Source: Elusimicrobiota bacterium
Lineage (GTDB): Bacteria > Elusimicrobiota > Elusimicrobia > Elusimicrobiales > UBA9959
Reading direction: 5' to 3'
Assembly (NCBI GenBank): GCA_036574205.1
Contig: JAINCQ010000022.1
Coordinates: 1-38,343, forward strand
Length of the DNA stretch: 38,343 nt
This document shows, piece by piece, positions 1 through 8,235 of the stretch. Within the stretch, counting starts at the first letter, position 1. Each line of letters opens with the position of its first letter. The notes under the pieces are model-generated. The model was not told the DNA's origin. It searched no databases and was given only the letters and a program-made list of their open reading frames with translations. Position numbers and translations under genes: made by a program.

Positions 1-56
1 TTTTAAAATTTTCTACGATTGTAATTGGTTATGTATAGTTACGGTATGAAAAACGC

Positions 57-209
57 CATAAATAATTGAATTGTAAAAAAGCCGATAAATTGATTTTTAG
101 ATGAACGATTAAAAATCATAAAAAGTCCAAACTGCCTGTGCGTGTCTGCCTGACTGCGAGTGTCTTCGCTCAGGTAGACACGCAGACAGGTATGTATAGA
201 TATCTTACA
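57..209 (+). mobile_element. Decayed 3' end of an IS481-like (rve integrase) transposase, interrupted by a hairpin insertion
   Basis: Reads HK*LNCKK/PIN*FLDER/KNHKKSN|MYRYLT with stops and frameshifts and ends in ...CTTACA. Homologous to 38137-38229 (HKGLNNKTPMDWFLEEQFKNHEKSN). Resembles the RPHxxLxxxTP C-terminus of IS481/IS3-type transposases. Confidence 0.55.
132..190. repeat. GC-rich REP-like palindromic element
   Basis: TGCGTGTCTGCCTGA (139-153) pairs with TCAGGTAGACACGCA (170-184), with an inner GCGA/TCGC stem and outer CCTGT/ACAGG. Confidence 0.7.
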
Positions 210-213
210 AATT

Positions 214-242
214 TTGACTTGTTAATTAAAAATGTATAAAAT
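214..242 (+). promoter_or_regulatory. Putative sigma70 promoter for the PLD-helicase gene
   Basis: TTGACT (214-219), 17 bp, TAAAAT (237-242), about 70 bp upstream of ATG 312. Confidence 0.45.
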
Positions 243-311
243 GTTTTATTAAAATATATCAAACATTATTATAAGGCATTAAAATATAAGCTGGTATGGT
301 CTAATATTAAG

Positions 312-3300
312 ATGAATAATTTTATCACAAATAGCGGGGCAGATAATTTACAAAAACGTTTATCAGAACTTATAAAAAATAGCGATGAGTTAAAATTTTT
401 AGTAGGTTTTTTTTATTTTTCTGGGTTAAAGGAATTTTATATTCCATTAACTAAAAACCGGGATGTCAATTTAAAAATACTGGTCGGGCTTAACATCGAC
501 AGAGTAAACGATCAACTAATAGAATATGCTGATTGGCAGAAACATAGCAAATTATCAAATGACGAAATATATAATAGATATCTTGATTCATTTAGAAAAT
601 TCATAGATTCTGAGGAATTTGATAATCAACAATTTTATGAACAGATAAAATACTTTGTTAAACTTATAAATGAAAACAGGTTATCTATAAGAAAAACAAT
701 TGATCCAAATCATGCAAAATTATATATTTTTAAATTAAAAAATAATCAAGTGGGAAGGGATAAATTATTTATTACAGGTAGTAGTAATTTAACAAGATCG
801 GGACTTAGCACTCAAAATGAGTTTAATGTAGAAATATCAGATTATGGTTTCAAAGAAGCGGAGAACTATTTTGATGAACTATGGGATAATTCAGTTAGAA
901 TTACTGAAAATGAAACTTATAAAAAGAAATTAATAGAGTTAATTGAAAAAGAGACTTTAATCAGGGAAATAACACCATTTGAAGCATATGTTCTGGCTTT
1001 AAAAATGTATATTGATTCTTTTGAAAGAAGAACGACCAGTCAGTCACTTATAGATATATTCAAGGAAAATGGTTATAAACCATATAAATATCAAATTGAC
1101 TCAATAGAACAGGCTCTTGCAATTATTGAAAAACACAATGGTGTAATTTTAGCGGATGTTGTTGGTCTTGGTAAAACAATAATTGCATGTTCAATTGCGT
1201 GGGAATTAAAGAAAAGAGGTGTTATAATATGTCCACCGGGTCTTATGGGAGATGTAAGAAAAAAAGATGCTGGATGGAATATGTATAAAGAGCAATTTAA
1301 GCTTTATGACTGGGAGGTATGGTCTGTTGGAGATTTAGATAAACTTCAGGATTTTGTAAACAAAACAAAAAACATAGATGTTATCATAGTTGATGAAGCC
1401 CATAGATTCAGGAATGAGGATACAAAAAATTATGAGATATTGAAAAACATATGTAGAAATAAAAAAGTTATACTTTTAACTGCCACCCCATTTAATAATC
1501 GTCCATCTGATATTCTTTCACTGCTTAAATTATTTATAATACCTAAAAAATCAACCATTACTCTGGAAAACAACCTGATTGATAAATTTAGAGCATTTAA
1601 AACAGACTTTGATAAATTAGCTTATATAAAAAAGTATTATAACTCTGGAGATAATAACAAAAAGGAAAAAGCTTATTCTTATTATAAAAGTCTTTTTGGC
1701 GAAGGGTTTAATTTCAAGGAATCATTAAAAAAAGTAACACAACGATCAAAGTATTTAGCCAAACAAATACGTAGTGTAATTGAACCGGTAACTATTCGCC
1801 GTAATAGACTGGATTTACAGGCAAATCCCTTTTATAAGGATGAAATAAAAGAACTATCAAAAATATCAGATCCAAAGGAATGGTTTTTTGAACTAACAAA
1901 GGAACAGTCAGATTTTTATGATAGGATTATAAAGCATTACTTTGCTGACCCTGATGAATATGGAAGATTTAAAGGCGCAATATACAGACCTTTTGAATAT
2001 GAGAAGGAGAGGGGAAAAATAGAAGAAAAATTATCGGAAAAGGAGAACTTTGAATATATCCAGCAACGCAACTTATTTGATTTTATGCGTAGATTGCTTG
2101 TAAAACGTTTTGAAAGCTCATTTGGATCTTTTGAGCAAAGCTTAAAAAACTTCAAACATATTGCGGAAACTGCTCTAAAATTCATTGAAAAAACAGGCAG
2201 ATATATTCTCGATAGGGATTTGCTCCAGAGGATCTATGATAAAGATTTAGAAGAAATAGAAGATTATTTAAAGGATTATAGTGAAAAAATAACTGAAGGG
2301 GTTTATCCTAAGAATCACAAGATATATAAATTATCGGATTTTAAATATAAAGACAAATTCATTGAAGATATAAATTCAGACTTAAATATGTTTTCTGAAA
2401 TACTTGATTCTTTACATAAATTAAATTTTGTAGAAAATGATCCAAAAGCAAAAAGCCTTATTGAGAATATAAAAAGACAGTTAAAATCAGATCCTCAAAG
2501 AAAAATTATTATATTTTCAGAATACATTGATACGATAGAATACCTTGCGCCTCACCTTGAAAAAGAATTTAAAGGAAAGGTTTTAACTGTTACAGGCGAT
2601 TTATCTGCCAGTAAATTAAATTCAATATATAAAAATTTTGATGCATCATATCCTGAACAGGAAAACGAATTTGACATACTTCTTTGTTCAGATAGACTCT
2701 CTGAAGGATTTAATTTAAATCGCGCAGGCATAATAGTAAACTATGATATCCCCTGGAATCCGGTAAGGGTTATCCAGAGGGTAGGTAGAATAAATCGTAT
2801 AAGCAAAAAAGTTTTTGACGAATTATATATTGTAAATTTCTTCCCGACGGAAGCAGGCTCTCAACTTGTAAAATCCAGAGAGATTGCATCTAATAAAATG
2901 TTTCTAATCCACAATACCCTTGGTGAAGATGCAAAGATATTTAATATAGACGAAGAGCCTTCACCCTCAAAACTTTATGAAAGAATACAGCAAAATCCAG
3001 AAAAATTAGAAGAGGAAAGTTTTTATACAAAAATACTTCAGGATTTGATAAAGATAAAAGAAGACCATCCTTCAGTGATTGAAAATATGGAAAAATTTCC
3101 TCCAAGGGTTAAAGTAGCAAAAAAATACAACGAAAACGAGCTATTAGTTTTTATAAAAAAAGGACAGCTATATATACATTGCGTTAAATATGACGAGAAA
3201 AATGAATATAAACCTTTTGAGATATCTTTTGAAGAAGCATATAATAAAATTAAATGCTCTCCTGAGGAAGAAAAACTTAAACTTAGTCAGCATTTCTGGG

Positions 3301-3668
3301 ATGCCTATGAAAAAGTTAAAAACTTTAGAGAATCTCATCCCTCGCATATAACTGAAAAAAGTTTGGAACAACAATCAATAAATAACCTGAAAACACTTAT
3401 TAGAGATAGTAGATTATCCGAACATAGAAAATTTCTGGAAATTCTGCTGGAAGATATTTTAGATTATGGAACATTAATTAATTATACCCTTAGAAGAATA
3501 GCAAATATGGAAATTAATAATGAAATGAATCTTCAAAGAACAATAGCAGAAATTAACGCTCTTAGAAAAGATCTTGGCGAAGACTATTTAGAAAAAGAAA
3601 AAGCAAAACATAGAAAATTAAATAAGGAAATAATTGTTGCAATTGAAAATCAAAAAATAATATCTTGA
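312..3668 (+). CDS. PLD-family nuclease domain fused to a SNF2-type SF2 helicase
   Basis: N-terminal HAKLY...GSSNLT (PLD HxK/GSxN); Walker A LADVVGLGKT; DEAH; TATP; SEGFNL; motif VI QRVGRINR. Confidence 0.9.
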   Translation: MNNFITNSGADNLQKRLSELIKNSDELKFLVGFFYFSGLKEFYIPLTKNRDVNLKILVGLNIDRVNDQLIEYADWQKHSKLSNDEIYNRYLDSFRKFIDSEEFDNQQFYEQIKYFVKLINENRLSIRKTIDPNHAKLYIFKLKNNQVGRDKLFITGSSNLTRSGLSTQNEFNVEISDYGFKEAENYFDELWDNSVRITENETYKKKLIELIEKETLIREITPFEAYVLALKMYIDSFERRTTSQSLIDIFKENGYKPYKYQIDSIEQALAIIEKHNGVILADVVGLGKTIIACSIAWELKKRGVIICPPGLMGDVRKKDAGWNMYKEQFKLYDWEVWSVGDLDKLQDFVNKTKNIDVIIVDEAHRFRNEDTKNYEILKNICRNKKVILLTATPFNNRPSDILSLLKLFIIPKKSTITLENNLIDKFRAFKTDFDKLAYIKKYYNSGDNNKKEKAYSYYKSLFGEGFNFKESLKKVTQRSKYLAKQIRSVIEPVTIRRNRLDLQANPFYKDEIKELSKISDPKEWFFELTKEQSDFYDRIIKHYFADPDEYGRFKGAIYRPFEYEKERGKIEEKLSEKENFEYIQQRNLFDFMRRLLVKRFESSFGSFEQSLKNFKHIAETALKFIEKTGRYILDRDLLQRIYDKDLEEIEDYLKDYSEKITEGVYPKNHKIYKLSDFKYKDKFIEDINSDLNMFSEILDSLHKLNFVENDPKAKSLIENIKRQLKSDPQRKIIIFSEYIDTIEYLAPHLEKEFKGKVLTVTGDLSASKLNSIYKNFDASYPEQENEFDILLCSDRLSEGFNLNRAGIIVNYDIPWNPVRVIQRVGRINRISKKVFDELYIVNFFPTEAGSQLVKSREIASNKMFLIHNTLGEDAKIFNIDEEPSPSKLYERIQQNPEKLEEESFYTKILQDLIKIKEDHPSVIENMEKFPPRVKVAKKYNENELLVFIKKGQLYIHCVKYDEKNEYKPFEISFEEAYNKIKCSPEEEKLKLSQHFWDAYEKVKNFRESHPSHITEKSLEQQSINNLKTLIRDSRLSEHRKFLEILLEDILDYGTLINYTLRRIANMEINNEMNLQRTIAEINALRKDLGEDYLEKEKAKHRKLNKEIIVAIENQKIIS

Positions 3669-3702
3669 CACCGACAGTGTAATATAATACACTGTATGGT
3701 GT
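3665..3702 (+). promoter_or_regulatory. Sigma70 promoter with overlapping inverted-repeat operator for the MNT-HEPN pair
   Basis: TTGACA (3665-3670), 17 bp, TACACT (3688-3693). Perfect inverted repeat ACAGTGTA (3674-3681) / TACACTGT (3688-3695), extended by ACACC/GGTGT. Confidence 0.7.
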
Positions 3703-3733
3703 AACATTGCACACTTATGTAGAAAAGGAATTT

Positions 3734-4279
3734 ATGATTTTATTAAACTCAAAAATAGCGCAAATGATTCTGGGTTATTTTTTTCTTCATGAAACAGAAG
3801 AACTTTATCTCAATGAAATGGTGAGAAAATTTGGTTTTGATAAAAGAAATGCCTTCAGGGTGATAAAGAAACTGGTGGAAGAAGGTATTTTTGTTTCTGA
3901 GAAAAAGGGGAAGGAGATATATTATTCTTTAAATAAAGACTACCCACTGTTTCAAGAAATAAAAAGAATAATACTTAAAACCTCTGGTATTGAAGCGCAG
4001 TTAAAGGATACTTTAAGTAAAATAAGGGGAATAAAGGAGGCGTATATAGTAGGGTCTTATGCAAAGAATGAGATGACGGTTACAAGTGACATTGATGTCC
4101 TGGTAATAGGGAATGTAAACACATTGGAATTAAACAGAGAAATAGCTAAATTACAAAAAACTATCAACAGAGAAATAAATTTAGTAAATATAACTCCAAA
4201 AGAATTAAGTAAAAAGATATCTAACAAAGACCCATTTCTAAAAGATGTGTTCAAAAATAAAACAATTAAATTAATATGA
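3734..4279 (+). CDS. Winged-HTH + minimal nucleotidyltransferase (MNT) antitoxin
   Basis: N-terminal wHTH (LYLNEMVRKFG...IKKLVEEGIFVSEKKGKEIYYSLN); GSYAKNEMTVTSDIDV = GSx10DxD. ATG 3734 has an AAAGGA RBS, preferred to TTG 3707. Confidence 0.85.
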   Translation: MILLNSKIAQMILGYFFLHETEELYLNEMVRKFGFDKRNAFRVIKKLVEEGIFVSEKKGKEIYYSLNKDYPLFQEIKRIILKTSGIEAQLKDTLSKIRGIKEAYIVGSYAKNEMTVTSDIDVLVIGNVNTLELNREIAKLQKTINREINLVNITPKELSKKISNKDPFLKDVFKNKTIKLI

Positions 4280-4695
4280 ATGAAGAGAAGTTTTTTAGAA
4301 AAATAACATTTACCAATAGTCAGATAGTGAAGTATCTAAACAATGCGTTAAAGGATATTAAAATCGCTAAGAATCAGAATATTGCGGAAGTGAAATTTAA
4401 TTATTCCTATAATGCTTTATTGAAAGCGGGAATTGCACTGATAGCAGGTATCAAAAATTTAAAGGTTAAAACAGTACCCGGGCACCACATACAAATATTG
4501 AAGATGATGAGCGAGATTCTAAACGACAATTCTGTTTTTGATATTGGAAATGCGATGAGAATGAAAAGGAATACTGACTTATACGAAGGTGGGATATTGA
4601 TAACAGAGAAAGAAAGCAATGATTATTGTGGTTATGTCGAGAAAATAATAAAGGATGTAAAAAAGATACTGGAAAGTAAAATAAAAAATCTCTAA
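4276..4695 (+). CDS. HEPN-domain protein, putative toxin partner of MNT
   Basis: 139 aa helical protein with ATGA overlap to MNT; YNALLKAGIAL, PGHH and RMKRNTDLYE motifs typical of HEPN/UPF0332-like proteins. Confidence 0.75.
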   Translation: MNEEKFFRKITFTNSQIVKYLNNALKDIKIAKNQNIAEVKFNYSYNALLKAGIALIAGIKNLKVKTVPGHHIQILKMMSEILNDNSVFDIGNAMRMKRNTDLYEGGILITEKESNDYCGYVEKIIKDVKKILESKIKNL

Positions 4696-4697
4696 CT

Positions 4698-7600
4698 ATG
4701 AACGAAAAAGAAATTTTAGAAGACATTATAAATAATTTCAGTATAGAAAAATTTATCCGTTTTTTTCGTGAAAAAAATAATAAATTAAGATACCCTGATG
4801 AATCTATTAATTATTATGATGATGAAAGCAATTTTCAAGAAGCAAGAAAAATAGCTGAAGGTGAAGTTGAAGATGGGAAGCTTATTGTCTGTTCATTTAA
4901 AGTTTTAAAAGAACTTACAGAACGATCTGGTAGAAAAGCGCAGTATATTCTTGGCAAAAAGATATTAAAAGAACAGATGGCAGATGCCGGAATTTTTATT
5001 TTCTATGATGCCACAGGAAGCTTTCGCTTTAGCTTAATTTACACTAATTATTTAGGTAGGCGACGAGACTGGAGTAGTTTTAAAAGATTCACTTACTTTG
5101 TCAGTAAAGAATTTACCAATAAGACATTCCTAAATCAGATAGGTAATGCTGATTTTTCAAGTATTGAAAAAATCAAAGAAGCCTTTTCAATTGAGCCAGT
5201 AACAAAAGAATTTTATAACGAGATCCAGAGTTGGTATTTCTGGGCGATGGATAAAATTAAATTTCCAGATGATTATGAATACAGCAAAGACCCTGCAAAA
5301 GATAAAGAAATACGAAATTCAAATAATCTTATTCGCTTAATTACAAGGATTATCTTTATATGGTTTTTAAAAGAAAAAAAACTAATACCAATGGATTTAT
5401 TTTTACCCCAGAAGCTTAAAGATATTGTTAAAGATTTCATGAAAAACAAAAAATCATCTAATTTTTATAATGCTATATTACAAAATCTTTTTTTTGCCAC
5501 ACTAAATCAAAAGATGGGTGAAAGAAAATTTGCAAAGGATGAAGGTTATCTTGTAAACAGAAAAGAATATGGTATTAAAAATCTTTATCGTTATAAAGAT
5601 AAATTTTTGATATCTGAAAATGAGGTGTTGGAACTTTTTAAAGATATTCCATTTTTAAATGGTGGATTATTTGATTGCCTTGATAAAGAAGATGAAACTG
5701 GAATAGTAAAATACATTGATGGATTTTCAAGAAATCCGGCAAAACAGGCAATTATCCCGGACTATTTATTTTTTCAGGAAAAAGAGGAAAAAGTTGACCT
5801 ATCTGATTATGGGATTGGTGATAAGCAGGTAAGAGGCTTAATTGAAATATTGAATAGTTATAATTTTACTATTGACGAAAATACTCCAATAGATCAGGAA
5901 ATAGCCTTAGACCCTGAACTCCTTGGAAAAGTATTTGAAAACCTGCTTGCTTCATATAATCCTGAAACAGCAACCACAGCCAGAAAAGCGACTGGAAGTT
6001 ATTATACTCCCCGAGAGATAGTTGATTATATGGTAGAAGCAAGTTTATTAGAATATCTTAAAGAAAAACTTCCTGAAATTGATGAAGAAAAAATTAAGCT
6101 TTTGCTTTCTTATTCAGAAGAAAATTTAAATTTTTCAGAAGAAGAAAAGTTAAAAATAATATCAGCAATTGATGATATTAAAATTCTTGATCCTGCCTGT
6201 GGTTCTGGCGCTTTTCCAATGGGTATTTTACATAAACTTGTTTATGCTCTTCAAAAATTAGACCCTCAAAATAAATACTGGTATGAATTACAATTTCAAA
6301 AGGCGATAAAAGAATCTGAACAAACCTTTAAAGAGCAGGATAAAAAACAGAGGGAAGAACATCTTAAAGAGATAAATGAAACATTTGATGAAAGTATAAA
6401 CTATCCAGACTATGCTCGTAAATTATATTTAATTGAAAATTGTATATATGGTGTTGATATACAGCCCATAGCGATTCAAATTTCAAAATTAAGATTTTTT
6501 ATTTCACTTATTTTGGATCAGAAGATTGATAGAAATAAAGAAAATTTTGGTATTAGAGCTTTACCAAACCTTGAAACTAAATTTGTATCAGCAAATACAT
6601 TGATAGGAATTGAAAAACCAGATAGTCTATATTATACTGAAAAAATAAAAAAGCTTGAAAATGAAATAAAAGATCTACGACATAAATATTTTCAAGCAAA
6701 GAGTAGAACTCAAAAACTTAATTACCAGAAGAAGGATAAGGAATTAAGAGAAAAACTATCCAGGGAATTAAAAGCCATTGGATTTTCTGATGACTCTTCT
6801 CAAAAAATTGCCTCATTTGATTTATTTGATCAAAATACTTTTGCAGATTGGTTTGATCCTGAGTGGATGTTTGGAGTAAAGGATGGCTTTGATATAGTGA
6901 TTGGTAATCCTCCTTATGGAGCAAATTATTCAGAAAATACGAAGAAATACTTTAAACAACATTATAAAAGTGCTCAAACTATACCAAATAAACAAAAAGG
7001 TTCATTAGATACTTTTACCATTTTTATTGAAAAAGGTTTTAATTTACTAAAAAAAGGTGGCAGCCTCCATTATATTGTTCCCATAACCATTACATCTGGT
7101 GAATCAGTAATGGGTATTCACAGACTTTTAGAAATGAATTGTGAGGAAATTAAAATATCTTCCTATTCTGTGAGGCCACAGCCAATATTTCAAAATTCAG
7201 TTGTAAATACTTCAATATTGTTTTTCAAAAAAACAGAAACTCCGTGTAAAAGAATTTTAGCTACTAAAATGTATCGTAAAGACAGAAATTTTAGTATAGA
7301 ATATTTGTTAAAGAATCTTGAATTTATAGATGTATTTAATTATAAACTTGTCGGTAGATATCCAAAGATTAGTTTAGATATTGAACGTAAAATACTGGAT
7401 AAAATCTTTGCACAAAAAACTTCGATCCGTGATTTATTGAGACCAACGGGTAAACCAATATATTATAGAACAACAGGTGGGAGATATTTTAAAGTAATTA
7501 CAAATTATCCAACTGGCTCAACAAAAGAAAAGGCAATTTATTTTGAGGAGTATATAGCAAATGCAATAGGTTGTATTTTAAGTAGTAATTTGTATTTTTG

Positions 7601-7931
7601 GTTTTACCAAATTTATTCTAATAATCTTGATTTAAAGCTATATGAAATAGAATCTTTTAAAATACCGTTTGAAAAACTTGACAGCAAAAAAATCAAAATT
7701 TTAGAAAAGTTATATCAAGAATACTTAGAAGATATTGAAGCCAATGCTAATATACGACAGACGACAAAATATACCAATATTGATTCATTTAAAGAGTATA
7801 AAATCTATAAGTCAAAACACATAATTGATAAAATAGATGATTTCATAGGCCCACTTTATGGATTAACAGAAGAAGAGATATTATTTATAAAGGAGTATGA
7901 AATAGACTTTAGATTAGCAGGTGAAGATTAG
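4698..7931 (+). CDS. Eco57I/type IIG-like N6-adenine DNA methyltransferase with C-terminal specificity region
   Basis: FLNGGLF, LDPELLGKVFENLL, GSYYTPREIV, motif I ILDPACGSGAF, GVDIQP, motif IV FDIVIGNPPY, C-terminal LYGLTEEEI. Confidence 0.9.
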   Translation: MNEKEILEDIINNFSIEKFIRFFREKNNKLRYPDESINYYDDESNFQEARKIAEGEVEDGKLIVCSFKVLKELTERSGRKAQYILGKKILKEQMADAGIFIFYDATGSFRFSLIYTNYLGRRRDWSSFKRFTYFVSKEFTNKTFLNQIGNADFSSIEKIKEAFSIEPVTKEFYNEIQSWYFWAMDKIKFPDDYEYSKDPAKDKEIRNSNNLIRLITRIIFIWFLKEKKLIPMDLFLPQKLKDIVKDFMKNKKSSNFYNAILQNLFFATLNQKMGERKFAKDEGYLVNRKEYGIKNLYRYKDKFLISENEVLELFKDIPFLNGGLFDCLDKEDETGIVKYIDGFSRNPAKQAIIPDYLFFQEKEEKVDLSDYGIGDKQVRGLIEILNSYNFTIDENTPIDQEIALDPELLGKVFENLLASYNPETATTARKATGSYYTPREIVDYMVEASLLEYLKEKLPEIDEEKIKLLLSYSEENLNFSEEEKLKIISAIDDIKILDPACGSGAFPMGILHKLVYALQKLDPQNKYWYELQFQKAIKESEQTFKEQDKKQREEHLKEINETFDESINYPDYARKLYLIENCIYGVDIQPIAIQISKLRFFISLILDQKIDRNKENFGIRALPNLETKFVSANTLIGIEKPDSLYYTEKIKKLENEIKDLRHKYFQAKSRTQKLNYQKKDKELREKLSRELKAIGFSDDSSQKIASFDLFDQNTFADWFDPEWMFGVKDGFDIVIGNPPYGANYSENTKKYFKQHYKSAQTIPNKQKGSLDTFTIFIEKGFNLLKKGGSLHYIVPITITSGESVMGIHRLLEMNCEEIKISSYSVRPQPIFQNSVVNTSILFFKKTETPCKRILATKMYRKDRNFSIEYLLKNLEFIDVFNYKLVGRYPKISLDIERKILDKIFAQKTSIRDLLRPTGKPIYYRTTGGRYFKVITNYPTGSTKEKAIYFEEYIANAIGCILSSNLYFWFYQIYSNNLDLKLYEIESFKIPFEKLDSKKIKILEKLYQEYLEDIEANANIRQTTKYTNIDSFKEYKIYKSKHIIDKIDDFIGPLYGLTEEEILFIKEYEIDFRLAGED

Positions 7932-8015
7932 TATCAGATTAATTAGATGGTTTATAAACTTTATAATTTAACTGATGAGGAAATAAAAATTGTGGAGAGG
8001 AATAGGGAAGAATAG
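7932..8015 (+). pseudogene. In-frame relic of a second methyltransferase C-terminus
   Basis: Directly after the stop, same frame: YQIN*MVYKLYNLTDEEIKIVERNREE*, matching the typical IDQxVYxLYxLTxEEIxIVE tail of type IIG enzymes. Confidence 0.75.
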
Positions 8016-8017
8016 AT

Positions 8018-8125
8018 ATGAAAATAAAGGAAATTTTAAAAGTTCAAAATTTAGGTTTATACAAAAATTTTGTCTGGGATGATATAATTACCTGGATAAA
8101 ATATCCATGTCAAGATTTTTTGTAG
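8018..8125 (+). pseudogene. Truncated stub resembling the N-terminus of an RloC/AAA_13-like ATPase
   Basis: MKIKEILKVQNLGLYKNFVWDD resembles the IxxIxxIKNxGxFxxFxW start of AAA_13 proteins; no Walker A follows. Confidence 0.4.
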
Positions 8126-8235
8126 TTTACTCAGGATTACTTTCAAATTAAATAAATATTTTCATTTTTTAAAAATAATTCTTTATAGGTCTTTTGGGAC
8201 TTGTAAAAACTGTTTTTTTTGTTAAAATTTAATAG

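Noticed and set aside
132..190. tRNA, riboswitch or terminator
   Set aside because: No cloverleaf, T-loop or U-tract; the empty-site comparison points to an inserted palindrome.
3683..3688. TATAAT as the -10 for TTGACA 3665
   Set aside because: Spacer is only 12 bp; TACACT at 17 bp fits better.
7921..8015. Stop-codon reassignment or readthrough of the MTase
   Set aside because: Two TAGs would need readthrough, the ORF already has its own complete tail, and TAG terminates other genes normally (e.g. 9336, 26999).
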